From assembly GCA_905178155.1 (NCBI GenBank), contig CAJINV010000002.1, forward strand, positions 10,761,465 to 10,825,464: DNA of 64,000 bases, written 5' to 3'. Below the pieces are notes generated by a model, which ran no database searches, was not told the DNA's origin, and worked only from the letters and a program-made list of their open reading frames with translations. The position numbers and the translations under genes are program-made. Origin of the DNA: Amoebophrya sp. A120. Its lineage: Eukaryota; Protista; Dinoflagellata. Of the stretch, positions 37,227 to 50,100 are shown one piece after another; positions within the stretch are counted from its first letter, which is position 1; the number at the start of each line of letters is the position of its first letter.

Positions 37227-40200
37227 ATGCTTGTTCGATCTGGCCTGCGCCGCTTTGACCGAAGCGAGGCTTTTCTGTACCTGCAGCACTTCCATCGATT
37301 TGCAGAGGAGACGTGCCAGGCCTCGGGTCCCGGCCGTGTCGCCGTGAAACGTGCAGTGCTGTTTGCTGCACAGGATTTGCCATTGTCTCGTCTCGTGGAC
37401 GCCATGACGGGTGTCGACAAGAAAAATGGTACACAACAACAGCAGCGAGAGCGGCTTGGGGCGCTGCTGCGAATCTCGAAAAGTGAATGTCCCGTTGTGC
37501 TGCCCAGCAAGAAGCGGTCGCGCAAGAGCACGGAGCTGAATCTACCCGACGCGGAGGTGAAGGAAAATATGAGCGTGCGCATCGTCTATGCGTGCAAGCG
37601 GCTCCGACGTTTTTTCCAACAGCCCGAGACCTTGACCTGTCGCGGGTGCTCAAAGAGAACAACCTGTGCGCTGTTCAAAAAGCCCGCGCCCCCGGAGCCG
37701 ACGACGGCGGACTGCGTGGACGTGGTGAAAGTGCTGTATGGTCTGGCGCAATACTGTAGGGGCTACTTGGAGGAGCAGACGAGGAGCAATACTGCTTCGA
37801 CCCCCGCAAGCGCGGACAAGAAAAAGAGGCCGAACTTCGTACCTCTGGACCGAGCACCAAAAGACATCACAGGAACGCCGGAAAGTTCCGCGACGGAGCA
37901 GGGACGAGAGTCCGGGTCAGTGTCGGATGGACCAAGCCCTCAAACGCTGCTCTCTTCCGCTATCGTGTTGCTGGACAGCTTGGGGAAAATTATCCTCGAA
38001 CAGCAACAGCTAGAGGTGGCGAAGTTCGGGAAAAGTTCCAAACTCCTCCCGGACGTGCCCATCGCGGATCCGCAAACGGCGAAGCAGCTCGCGGAAGAGA
38101 TCAGTTTGAAGAAGGAGCAGATGAAGCTGGACCGGAAAGAGGAGCAGATTCTGAAACTGCCTCCGTGGCTGCGGGATTCCCTGCGGCCGGTCATGAGCAA
38201 ACACATGAACGCTCGCCAGAAGTTTCTGCTGAAGCAACGCGAGAAAGCCGACATGGAGGCCAAGAGCGCTGCGGAGTCGCAGTTCGAGGGCAACTTCGTA
38301 CCGGAACTGGATGTTGTGGACGAAAATGGGATGGCGAGGGTGAGTGCAAACGCTGCTGGGAGCAGCACACTTCCTGCAGCAAATTTCGCTTCAAACTACA
38401 GCTCGCCCTCAAATAGTAATTCCGTCCAGGACCTGAACTCTGATCTGAGCCGCATGCGGATTCCGAAGCGGTTCGAGGAGATCCAGAAGCCCTGTAAGGT
38501 GGACACAATTATCCAGTTCAACGCGACATACCAGCGGTACGTGGAGGGCTTGACACGAAAGCGCAGCCGAGTGAACACGCGGGAACAGGAGGACGTGATG
38601 ATAGATTTGGACAAGTATTGGGAGTCGTGCACAGCAGACGTTGCCAGTCGACGGGATGATGCTGCTACAATTGAGTGCGAGGAAGATCTTCATGCAAGTC
38701 CCGAAGCCGAATCCGAAAAGGGTGCACGTGATGCTGCAACTACAGCAACGGAAAGCAGAACAAACAGTTCGGCAGCTGCAACTGGGAGTGATATTACGCC
38801 TGGTCAGGTGGACGGAAACAAAGACAACCAACATTTGGGTTCTTCGAACATTTCCATGGATGCACAATGCCTGAACACTCCGATCGAAAGCAGTACACCG
38901 AGCGGCACAGAAGCAGAGCCGTTCGTGGGAAAGAACACAGAGAGTAAAGACAGTCCTTCCGGTGGTCCGCTCTCCCCCGTGGATGCGTTGTTTGCGTCTT
39001 TGGAGCGCGCGCACCAGGAAAAAATGACACAAAATGCGAGGCGGAACGATCATCCTGCCGCTGGTCGTGAGAGCGACTCATCTTCCGGTAAAGAAGATCA
39101 TACCGTACTGACTGCGGACAACGATCTATCAAAAGGAAAAATCCCCCCTCCCCATATCGAAATGGAAATCTGTGATGCAGGATTTGGGTACACAAATCGG
39201 ATCTGTCTTGCAGTAAGGCATCGCAGCCAGCTCCTCGGCCTAGGCAGGGGCGTATAGGTCTAGTTGCTTAGCATTGCAAACGGGTGCCCCCTAGGCGCAA
39301 CAGCGTGCCAAATCGCTTCCATAATGGTGCGGAAGCCTCTGCGCCTGTCTTCTTGCAAGACAGACGTGATTTGTGACCTCAAATCAGCAACGCAAATTTT
39401 CGGAAACATACCTTTTCGATATGGGGAGGGGGGATTTTTCCTCTCAATACGATCCTGATAGCCGATTCGTGGAGCAGCGAGGTGGCTACGCGAGCCTGGA
39501 TCTCTCCAACCCGGACGAGTTTCGACAGAGCGCGCTCGTTCCAGCCGAGGCGCTGGACGCAGTTTCCCCATCGAAGCGCGCGTTGGAGGGGGTCCACGTT
39601 TACCGCAACGCGAGCGACGACCCGGCGTTGGCGAAGCAGCTCCGGGAAATTCTCGCAGAGAAGCGAAGTGCCTCAGGTAGTCGTCTTTCAGATGACGATG
39701 AGGAACACTTCGCAGCAACTTCGTCCTCGGTGAAGACGCGGAACGGCCGACTCAACCACCAGGAAATCACACAGGACGAGCGTTTGCAGGTGTTCTCGCA
39801 GGCGGATTTCGGGCAGCTGCTTTCGACGGGCGGTAGCGACAGTGGGAACGATTTGAAGTTTCTGAGGCGAGTTCCCTTCGACGAGCCAGCATCGCGTTCG
39901 GGCGGGACAGTGCCCGATAAGACACTGGCACTGGCTCTGCGCCACCACGACGTGCAAAAATCGGGACTGGTGTCTTTGCCGGATTTCGATGCGCTGATGG
40001 CGACTGCGCACGCGGAGCAAGAAGCTTTTTCTAGTTCAGAGCGGGAACGTGAGCGCAACAGCACCGGCAGCCACGTCCGAGGAAATGTAGGGAGGAATAC
40101 CACAAGCGTGATTGAGAGCACGGAGACGGCAAGTGAAAGCCACTTAGCAGCGGACGACGAGGACTTTGTGGAAGATGAAGACGACGTGGAAGACGACGAA

Positions 40201-41043
40201 AGCCGGATTGACGCAGCGATAAATCTCGCCGATTTAGCCAGCACGTCCTCGAGCAGTACAGGCGCAAAAAAACATGATTTTAAGGTAGACGAAGAAGACA
40301 TCGATCTCCTGCCCGATTCTGCCGAGGAACTGGATCGAAAAATGGAACAGTGGCAACAAAAAGAGGCGAAGAACGATTACTCAGATCTTGCAGAGTTCGG
40401 ATTTGGGCGTCGTGCTGGTTCACGTGGTTCTTCAGGTGGACAGAAGCAATGCACAAGCGCAAGTCCTCTGGAGCGGGAAGCAAAAGACCCAGCCCGAACG
40501 AAATCGTTTCCGGAGCAAGACGATCAACATCCCTTCCGCCGGGACTGGCGGAAGGACGGGCAGGGAGGTGAAGACGAGGCTAGTTTTGAAGAGAGCGAAG
40601 ATTTGTCTTCCGACGGCAACACGAGCAAAAAGCGCACGATGATTTTTCCGGAGCTTCCCGATGTGGAGGCCGATTGGGTCGCGAACCGGGCGAACACCTT
40701 GCGCGCCAGCGGGAAGAACTCTGCTTTCGTGCCGAAGAAGGCCCAGCATGGCCTGAAGCAAGCGCGGTTGCCCGACACGTTGCGCCGGTTCTACAAACCA
40801 CCGCCGGCGCATCAAGGCGCTTCGCAGCGGGGCGGAGGTGCTTACGAGGCCAGAAGCAGGTTTGCCGAAGGAGCGTCCTCTTTCGCCGCGACAAATTTGT
40901 CCACCGACACCGCTGCGGCGCAGTCTGAGAAGAAATCCACAGCGGTGCAGTTGCAACGTATTCTGAACAAGCATCTGAAGGAGCGAAACAAGAAACAACA
41001 CGGGAAAATTGGAAGATACAGAGCCGACACTTCCTTTGCTTGA
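37227..41043 (+). CDS. Hypothetical protein (~1160 aa) interrupted by a non-canonical introner intron (328 nt)
   Basis: ORFs 37197 and 39373 fuse as ...TADN-DPDSRFVEQ when 39127-39454 is removed. Contains CRGCSKRTTC. Confidence 0.8.
39127..39449 (+). mobile_element. 323-bp TIR introner element
   Basis: TIR TATCAAAAGGAAAAATCCCCCCTCCCCATAT...ATATGGGGAGGGGGGATTTTTCCTCTCAATA; 5-bp TSD CGATC (39122-39126 and 39450-39454); homologous to 57772-60071. Confidence 0.93.
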
Positions 41044-41777
41044 AAGAAATCTTCGCGAAGTACACATCTAATGAACAAGCCTTCTTGGAGTTGGAGAGAC
41101 TCTGAAAAAATGTACATAAGATCAATGCACTTTCACTGAATTTCGACGAAGGTGAAGCCCAAGAAAGACATGCTTTTGGGACAAAGTCAAAGTGGTCGTT
41201 CACTTTGCACCAAAATTAATTAGAACGGCTTGAATGAAGAAATGCTCGTTCATCTGTTTACGCGCTGCCACAAATAAAGCAGCTACATGCATGCCTCTCA
41301 GTCGGTTTTGTATACTTCTTTCGGCCTCGTGTGTACCAGAAGCAGATCGGTTTGAAGTCGCTCACTGCCAAATTAGCGCCACGCTATCTCGTCGGTCCGT
41401 GCGCTTTTTTTTCTGCTGCAACACTTCGCGCATGGCATTGGTTCGGTCTTTCGTTCGTTTTTTCACCACCAAGTTTTTTGCTTCGTCCACACTCGTGCAA
41501 TCACATTCTCGTTGAAATCGCAACTTGAGTAAGTTTCAACAAAACTTTTTTTTTGTCATTCCCCTCCAGTTCCCCGTTGAGTGTTGGTTCCAACCTTTGG
41601 ACGGCCAAACACACCCCGAATTCAGGAACGATTTCAATCGATTTTGCTACATTGCTATACACTTACTTTATCATCAAAACTCGCACTTTTCTCGACCTGC
41701 TCGACACACAACACAACACGTCGGCATTTGCCTTTAGGCTTTGATCCTGATAGAAAAGAGAGCATCCAAGTCGCAAT

Positions 41778-42310
41778 ATGGGTGGAGGCAAAGCAGTTGA
41801 AACGCCGTCGCCGAAATCGCTCGGCTCGCCGCGGCAGAAATTCCCGACGGCTTTTTGGGAGCTGCATCCCTTTGATGCCAAGGCAGACAAGCACTCCATG
41901 CCACTGGAGGTCGGCATGATGAAGTCCAAGAGCTTCAAGGTACTAAGTAACTTTATCTCAAATTACGACTCAACTCGCAATTTAGAGTTTGCATTATCTT
42001 GACGGCATATTCAGGCCCATAGCGAAGAGAGTCTTGAATTTTCTCTCGAAGCAGGTTTCCGTAATCACATTCATTTTCATCTATCAAATCAATTCCACAC
42101 CAGGATCTGAAGCGACCTTCGCACGGGGAGAAATCCGTGGAGCGACCGGTGCAGAGGTCATCGCCGAAAAGCAGTCCGAGGAACAAGCACTCGCAGGAGG
42201 CGCAGCTGATTACCAATATGAGCATCTGCTCCCTGACGAACTGGTACAAGGAGCACCCGCAACAGTCGGCGTCCAGGAAAAAACCCATGCCTTCGAGCGT
42301 GAAAAAGTAG
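41778..42310 (+). CDS. Small basic hypothetical protein (intron 41940-42103)
   Basis: A phase-0 GT-AG intron gives a continuous ~122-aa S/K/P-rich ORF. No homology recognised. Confidence 0.45.
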
Positions 42311-43119
42311 AAGGGATATTGGTCATGGTCACTTGATCGTGAGTGTCGACTTTCTTCACTTTGTTTTCGGGAAATATCAGCAGTCGTTTCTCTGTCATAT
42401 TGCACTGTATACAATTTTTCGCGCAAAAGACGAGGAACTTTTACCACTTCACTTTACGGTTTACTTGCAAAAAATACACTATTCTTACATTACATCATCC
42501 TTCTACATTCGTGATATGGTGGTTTGCCATCATTTGAAATCGCTCGCTATTGTACCCCATAAGCGCAGCTGAATATACTAAACTTGTTTGAAAAATTTGT
42601 TAAACGAACAACCCACGCATACAACTTTTCCATCCGGTGAGGTGGCAACTGGTCCACCGAGAAAAGAGTCTGTTGCTTCCTTCCCCGGCAACGGCTCTGT
42701 AGGATTCGAAACGCGTCATTCCAAATTACAGGGTGAATATTTAGGATGGAACGTTTGAGAAAAACATAAACAGCATAAAAATCTCATCAACCAGACCTGG
42801 GTAAATCACCACTGTTCTTGGTCGGGGTACGAATAAGTCTTGTTTTCGACCGGGAGACGGGGAGTTTCGTTAGTCGTTAGGGGCGGAATCGAATTTTCTC
42901 TGGAATCGAAATCGTGATCGCCTTTTCGCGCTCAGACAACAGATCACGAAAGACAGTTAAGTTTATCTGTTGAAGTTGTCCGCTCGAAGTGGAATTCAGG
43001 ATCGCCCCTAGTGAACTCTAGACGACGATGAAACAAACCGTATCGAAGCAAGAAACCCTCACATAGAGAAGCAAGAGTATATTGTAATCTTGTTCTAACT
43101 ATAGATACCGACAGAATCA

Positions 43120-44106
43120 ATGAGAATGACGCCGAGCAGGAGAGGGCAGGTGTGGTTCCGCTGCGTTCTTGCGTTTGCTCGTTTTTTCGCCAGCGGAGCA
43201 ATTCAGGCTGCTGACGCAAAAATCGCGAATGAGGATTCACAGCCCTGTTGCGATTATGCAGCGAAAAACGAAAAAGAGACGGAGACAATTGCTCCTGCCA
43301 CTGCGGCTGGTGCCGCGACGGAGAGCACTGCAATCGGAAGTGCACAGTCGGCTGCTGGGCAAAGTACTGGAATGATCTCTACGAACATCAATCTGGACCA
43401 CATTCCCCAATCTGCCTTGCTGCCAGTCGAGACGTTGCCGCAGGCCCACATGCTGCCCGTGGCGAAACCGGACGAAACCAGGCCCGCGTCTACAGGCATG
43501 CCGCAGGAGAAGCAAAAGCAAGACGCGAAGGATGTTTCCGAGCCGAATGTGCACCACGCAGCGACGAACATCGTGTCGGAGTCGTTCATGAAGGAATCCA
43601 TGACGGTGGGGAAGCAACCAAGCATGGCGGCAGCCTGTCAAGCGGCGCGGAGCATGCTCTTTGGTGGTAAGCAGGAGGGAGCAGAGGTGGAAGAGGCTTG
43701 CGTCGCATACGAAGAAACAGAACCGATGAAAACTTATCCCTGCAAATTGGAGGACGTTGTGAACTTACCGCCGGAAAAATCACCGCCATCAGCCTGGGCT
43801 GCCACTTGCACGAGAACAGCATCGGATGCACAGTCGTTTGCGACGAAGCCGGAGAAAGCGCCGAGCGTGGTCGAAAGCTCGGGTCCTGTTGGCCCACCGC
43901 CCGGCTCGAGCGCATCTTCTACTGCCACTGGTAATGTACAACCAGCGTCCTCTCCGATGAGCACCAGGACGCGACTACAAGAGGCCTCCCCGCCAACTGC
44001 CTTCATGGAATTGGGTCCACAAATCAAGCGGCGGCTCCGCGGAGGCTACAATTTGTATCATCTGCAACGCACCACCACCAGTATTCGGGAGGCGGAAAAA
44101 ATATAA
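43120..44106 (+). CDS. Hypothetical, possibly secreted protein
   Basis: 328-aa ORF with an N-terminal hydrophobic signal-like segment ending ...GAIQA. Confidence 0.6.
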   Translation: MRMTPSRRGQVWFRCVLAFARFFASGAIQAADAKIANEDSQPCCDYAAKNEKETETIAPATAAGAATESTAIGSAQSAAGQSTGMISTNINLDHIPQSALLPVETLPQAHMLPVAKPDETRPASTGMPQEKQKQDAKDVSEPNVHHAATNIVSESFMKESMTVGKQPSMAAACQAARSMLFGGKQEGAEVEEACVAYEETEPMKTYPCKLEDVVNLPPEKSPPSAWAATCTRTASDAQSFATKPEKAPSVVESSGPVGPPPGSSASSTATGNVQPASSPMSTRTRLQEASPPTAFMELGPQIKRRLRGGYNLYHLQRTTTSIREAEKI

Positions 44107-44731
44107 AACCAGAAGACTCTGAACACGTACACGATGTACCGCCTCGGCGCTTGATGTGTAGAGCAGTTGCTTGAAATCACTTTCATTTGAAACTTTACTA
44201 CCTGTAATCATTAGTTGATTGACTCATCAAACAATGATTCATTGACACTTTGGGTTTGGCTCTACTTTGCAGCAACACCTTGTAACAAAAAGGAAATGAA
44301 CCGAGCCAGACACAACAGTAAAACGAGCAATATTTTCAACAGGACATTGTCCTGCCCATCAATCTTGTCCGACGACGAGATGGGCAGGCTGATGCGCTGC
44401 AGCTTGGGCAGCAGGTAAAGCACTGCCGGGTCTTCGCAGAACAAGAGAGCAAGAGTAGCACACTTCCAAAGTGCTTAGAACAGACTGTGTTTGTAGATGG
44501 GCAATACACACATTTTTTTCAAATATCTTTCTTTGTAGAAGTGCACCTATGTTGTGATCTTCGAGCGATGTGATGTGGTTCAAGCATGTCGGCGTTGCCC
44601 TTGATGCAAGCGAAATGTGCTTCTAGCAGACTGCTGCGCGCTGCCTGCGAAGCTTCGCAGTACCAGGCTAAGCCACCATTATCACGACCGGCCTTTTAGC
44701 AGACGACAAGGGTGCTGCAGAGGCACGTGAA

Positions 44732-45940
44732 ATGCACGTGTACCACGCGCGGGCGGTAAGCACGAGGGATGCCCAGCGCGCTCCCTGGAATTTGCTGCGC
44801 CATCTTCGTGGTGCGGCCCACGTCGGGGAAGACAAGCTTTGTTCGATTACGGCTTCGAATGGTGCAATGCCGCTGGATGCTTCAATTGCAACCTCGCTTT
44901 CTAGAAGTGCGAATCGAACGCACTTGATCAACTGCCAGGGGCTTGGCTACTTCTGTAACGCAGTCCGGGACATCGATTCGGGCTTTGAATTCTACAACGT
45001 GCCGTTCCGATGGCCAGCTACGGTGCTCTTTCGTTACGGCACACAGAAGGATCGCTGGTTACCACTTGTAGTGAAAACAAGCCTGCAGGAGGGGCGGCCA
45101 CTACGCCGTTCCGGTGATTCGGAGTTTCGATACCGACTCGGACAGATCCACGAGCAAATAGCTCTTCCGCTAATCCTTGTGGCGCCGACCGTGCAAACAT
45201 TTTTTACGAAAAACCTTGTCGCAACGGAAGATCCTAAGAGAAACTTGCGGCTCCGCGAATCAGAAGGGATCACCAGTCTGACGTTGGTGGATCAGCTTCG
45301 ATCTCACTGGAAATCCTCGCCGGCGCAATCACTGCACGAATGCTTCAGGGGCGTGATGTTGGATGAGCGGTTGTGTGCGACTGGGAACCGCGAGCTTGCG
45401 ATCGCGGATGCGCTTGTCCTCCTTGACACTGTTCTGTATCGACCTGCCGGTCTAAAGCTGTCGTTTCCCCTCCCAACCGGTGGCACTGCGCACAATGCAC
45501 TGCTGAACGACTTCAATGTGATGCACAAAATAGCCTCCTCGACGCCCCGGTTTTCGGGAAAGAAGGTAAAACTAAGCTCATACAACGAGCACAAACGTCA
45601 TGAGGAATCCACGCAAGAACGGCCGTTGACGGAGCAAGAGGTGCAAGCCTTGCATTTTCTTTGTGTTGTAGATCTCTGTCCGGATTCCCACGATTTGCTG
45701 GGTCTTTTTATGCTGCCGAAGGCAGAGCTAAGTGACTGCTTTCTGTCAAGTACTGACTCAGAGAAGAAGGGTAGACAGACCTACATTGTCTACCCACCAT
45801 ATGCCGTGCCAAAAGTACCTCGTGGGCAACGGTCGAAATGGAAAGCAGACCGACACGCGTTTTTTTACGTTGATGCGCGCAAGCCAGATGGGCCGCAAAA
45901 ACTGTTGCAAATTCTCAATGGCTGCAAATTATCAAGCTGA
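44732..45940 (+). CDS. Hypothetical protein with MepB-like C-terminal region
   Basis: 402-aa intronless ORF. LGLFMLPKAEL...EKKGRQTYIVYPPY...KW resembles the MepB family pattern GxFxFPK...GKRAFRVYPPW as recalled, not searched. Confidence 0.5.
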   Translation: MHVYHARAVSTRDAQRAPWNLLRHLRGAAHVGEDKLCSITASNGAMPLDASIATSLSRSANRTHLINCQGLGYFCNAVRDIDSGFEFYNVPFRWPATVLFRYGTQKDRWLPLVVKTSLQEGRPLRRSGDSEFRYRLGQIHEQIALPLILVAPTVQTFFTKNLVATEDPKRNLRLRESEGITSLTLVDQLRSHWKSSPAQSLHECFRGVMLDERLCATGNRELAIADALVLLDTVLYRPAGLKLSFPLPTGGTAHNALLNDFNVMHKIASSTPRFSGKKVKLSSYNEHKRHEESTQERPLTEQEVQALHFLCVVDLCPDSHDLLGLFMLPKAELSDCFLSSTDSEKKGRQTYIVYPPYAVPKVPRGQRSKWKADRHAFFYVDARKPDGPQKLLQILNGCKLSS

Positions 45941-46046
45941 AGCGCAAGCTAGTCCAGTTACTCGACTTTTATAAAAACATGCGCTACTTGCGCACGGACA
46001 CGGAGGCGCTAAGCCTGCGCCAGACTCTGCTAACCTTGCCCAAACA

Positions 46047-49000
46047 CCGCCGCGCACGATCTGGCGCCACTTGCGCGCGGACCGCCATGCTGGTCTGGGC
46101 GCAAAAAGGGGGCCGAGCTGCGGAAGCGGCGGCCGCGCACGATCTGGCGCCACTTGCGCGCGGACTTCCATGCTGGTCTGGGCGCAAAAAGGTGGGCGAG
46201 CTGGGGAGGCGGCGGCCGCGCACAATCTGGCGCCACTTGCGCGCGGGCTTCCATGCTGGTCCGGGCGCGAAAAGCGGGCCGAGCTGGGGAGGCGGCGGCC
46301 GCGCACAGTCGGGCGCCTGCCACTTGCGCGCGGGCTTCCATGCTGGTCTGGGCGCAAAAACGGGGCCGGGCTGGGGAGGCGACGGCCGCGCACGATTTGG
46401 CGCCGCTTGCGCGTGGACTGCCATGCTGGTCTGGGCGCAAAAAGGCGGCCGAGCTGGGGAGGCGGCAGCCGCGCACAATCTGGCGCCACTAGCGCGCGGA
46501 CTTCCATGCTGGTCTGGGCGCAAAAAGGGGGCCGAGCTGGGGAGGCGGCCGCCGCGCACAATCTGGCGCCACGCACTTGCGCGCGGGCCCCCATGCTGGT
46601 CTGGGCGCAAAAAGGGGGCCGAGCAGGGGAGGCGGCGGCCGCGCACGATTTGCCGCCATTTGCGCGCGGACTCCCATGCTTGTCCGGGCGCAAAAACGGG
46701 GCCGAGCTGGGGAGGCGGCAGCCGCGCACGATTTGGGGCCACTTGCGCGCGGGCCCCCATGCTGGTCTGGGCGCAAAAACGGGGCCGAGCTGGAAAGGCG
46801 GCCGCCGCGCACAGTCCGGCGCCACTTGCGCGCGGGCATCCATGCTGGTCTGGGCGCAAAAAGGGGGCCGATCTGCGGGGGCGACGGCCGCGCACGATTT
46901 GGCGCCGCTTGCGCGCGGACCTCCATGCTGGCCTGGGCGCAAAAAGGGGGGCCGGGCTTGGGAGGCGGCGGCCGCGCACGGTGTCGCGCCTGCCACTTGC
47001 GCGCGGACCTCCATGCTGGTCTGGGCGCAAAAAGGTGGACGAGCTGGGGGGCGGCGGCCGCGCACAATCTGGCGCCACTTGCGCGCGGGCTTCCATGCTG
47101 TTCCATTCGCAAAAAGCGGGCCGAGCTTGGGAGACGGCGGCCGCGCACAGTCGGGCGCCTGCCACTTGCGCGCGGACTTCCATGCTGGTCTGGGCGCAAA
47201 AACGGGGCCGAGCTTGGGAGGCGACGGTCGCGCACGATTTGGCGCCACTTGCGCGCGGACTTCCATGCTGGTCTGGGCGCAAAAAGGGGGCCGAGCTGGG
47301 GAGGCGGCGGCCGCGCGCGATTTGGCGCCACTTGCGCGCGGACTTCCGTGCTGGTCTGGGCGCAAAAAGGGGGCCGAGCTGGGGAGGCGGCAGCCGCGCA
47401 CAGTCTGGCGCCACTTGCGCGCGGGCTTCCGTGCTGGTCTGGGCGCAAAAAGGGGGCCGAGCTGGGGAGGCGGCAGCCGCGCACAATCTGGCGCCACTTG
47501 CGCGCGGACCCCCGTGCTGGCCTCGGCGCAAGAAGGGGGCCGAGCTGAGGAGGCGGCGGCCGCGCACGATTTGGCGCCATTTGCGCGCGGGCTCCCATGC
47601 TGGTCCGGGCGCCAAAACGGGGCCGAGCTTGGGAGGCGGCAGCCGCGCACGATTTGGAGCCACTTGCGCGCGGGCTTCCATGCTGGTCTGGGCGCAAAAA
47701 CGGGGTCGAGCTGGGAAGGCGGCAGCCGCGCACAATCCGGCGCCACTTGCGCGCGGACTTCCACGCTGGTCTGGGCGCAAAAACGGGGCCGAGCTGGGGA
47801 GGCGACGGCCGCGCACGATTTGGCGCCACTTGGGCGCGGGCTTCCGTGCTGGTCTCGGCGCAAAAAGGGGGCCGAGCTGGGGAGGCGGCGGCCGCGCGCG
47901 ATGTGGCGCCACTTGCGCGCGGGCTTCCATGCTGGTCTGGGCGCAAAAAGGGGGCCGAGCTTTGGAGGCGGTGGCCGCGCACAATCTGGCGCCACTTGCG
48001 CGCGGACATCCATGCTGGTCTGGGCGCAAAAAGGCGGCCGAGCTTGGGAGGCGGCAGCCGCGCACAATCTGGCGCCACTTGCGCGCGGACTTCCATGCTG
48101 GTCTGGGCGCAAAAAGGGGGCCGGGCTGGGGAGGCGGCAGCCGCGCACAATCTGGCGCCACTTGCGCGCGGACTCCCATGCTGGTAGGTCTCGGCGCAAA
48201 AAGGGGGCCGAGCTAGGGAGGCGGCGGTCGCGCACGATTTGGCGCCATTTGCGCGCGGGCTCCCATGCTTGTCCGGGCGCAAAAACGGGGCCGAGCTTGG
48301 GAGGCGGCAGCCGCGCGCGATTTGGAGCCACTTGCGCGCGGGCTCCCATGCTGGTCTGGGCGCAAAAACGGGGCCGAGCTGGGAAGGCGGCAGCCGCGCA
48401 CAATCCCGCGCCACTTGCGCGCGGGCATCCGTGCTGGTCTGGGCGCAAAAAGGGGACCGATCTGTGGGGGCGACGTCCGCGCACGATTTGGCGCCGCTTG
48501 CGCGCGGACTTCCATGTTGGTCTGGGCGCAAAAAGGGGGCCGGGCTGGGGAGGCGGCGGCCGCGCACGGCGCCGCGCCACTTGCGCGCGGGCTTCCATGC
48601 TGGTCTGGGTGCAAAAAGGTGGACGAGTTGGGGAGGCGGCGGCCGCGCACAATCTGGCGCCACTTGCGCGCGGACTTCCATGCTGGTCCAGGCGCAAAAA
48701 GCGGGCCGAGCTTGGGGGGCGGCGGCCGCGCACAGCCGGGCGCGCGCCTGCCACTTGCGCGCGGACTTCTGGTCTGGGCGCAAAAACGGGGCCGAGCTGG
48801 GAAGGCGACGGCCGCGCACGATTTGGCGCCACTTGCGCGCGGACTCCCATCCTGGTCGGGGCGCAAAAAGGGGGCCGGGCTGGGGAGGCGGCGGCCGCGC
48901 GCGATGTGGCGCCACTTGCGCGCGGTCTCCCATGCTGGTCTGGGCGCAAAAAGGGGGCCGAGCGGGGGAGGCGGTGGCCGCGCACGATCTGGCGCCACTT

Positions 49001-50100
49001 GCGCGCGGGCTTCCATGCTGGTCTGGGCGCAAAAAGGCGGCCGGGCTGGGGAGGCGACAGCCGCGCACAACCTGGCGCCACTTGCGCGCGGACTTCCATG
49101 CTGGTCTGGGCGCAAAAAGGGGGCCGAGCTGGGGAGGCGGCAGCCGCGCACAATCTGGCGCCACTTGCGCGCGGACCCCCATACTGGTCTGGGCGCAAAA
49201 AGGGGGCCTTGCTGGGGAGGCGGCGGCCGCGCACGATTTGGCGCCATTTGCGCGCGGACTCCCATGCTGGTCCGGGCGCAAAAACGGGGCCGAGCTGGGG
49301 AGGCGGCAGCCGCGCACGATTTGGAGCCACTTGCGCGCGGGCTTCCATGCTGGTCTGGGCGCAAAAACGGGGCCGAGCTTGGAAGGCGGCAGCCGCTTAC
49401 AATCCGGCGCCACTTGCGCGCGGGCTTCCATGCTGGTCTGGGCGCAAAAACGGGGCCGAGCTGGGGAGGCGACGGCCGCGCACGATTTGGCGCCACTTGC
49501 GCGCGGACTTCCATGCTGGTCTGGGCGCAAAAAGGGGGCCGAGCTGGGGAGGCGGCGGCCGCGCGCGATGTGGCGCCACTTGCGCGCGGACTTCCGTGCT
49601 GGTCTTGGCGCAAAAAGGGGGCCGAGCTTGGGAGGCGGTGGCCGCGCACAATCTGGCGCCACTTGCGCGCGGACTTCCATGCTGGTCTGGGCGCAAAAAG
49701 GCGGCCGAGCTGGGGAGGCGGCAGCCGCGCACAATCTGGCGCCACTTGCGCGCGGACCCCCGTGCTGGTCTGGGCGCAAAAAGGGGGCCGAGCTGGGGAG
49801 GCGGCAGCCGCGCGCAATCTGGCGCCACTTGCGCGTGGGCCCCCATGCTGGTCCGGGCGCAAAAAGGGGGCCGAGCTGGGGAGGCGGCGGCCGCGCACGA
49901 TTTGGCGCCATTTGCGCGCGGACTCCCATGCTGGTCCGGGCGCAAAAACGGGGCCGAGCTGGGGAGGCGGCAGCCGCGCACGATTTGGAGCCACTTGCGC
50001 GCGGGCTTCCGTGCTGGTCTTCGCGCAAAAACGGGGCCGAGCTGGGAAGGCGGCAGCCGCGCACAATCCGGCGCCACTTGCGCGTGGGCATCCATGCTGG
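46047..50100. repeat. GC-rich satellite, ~83-bp unit, ~49 copies
   Basis: Unit GCCACTTGCGCGCGGACTTCCATGCTGGTCTGGGCGCAAAAAGGGGGCCGAGCTGGGGAGGCGGCGGCCGCGCACAATCTGGC; period seen at 46067 and 46150. Confidence 0.97.
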
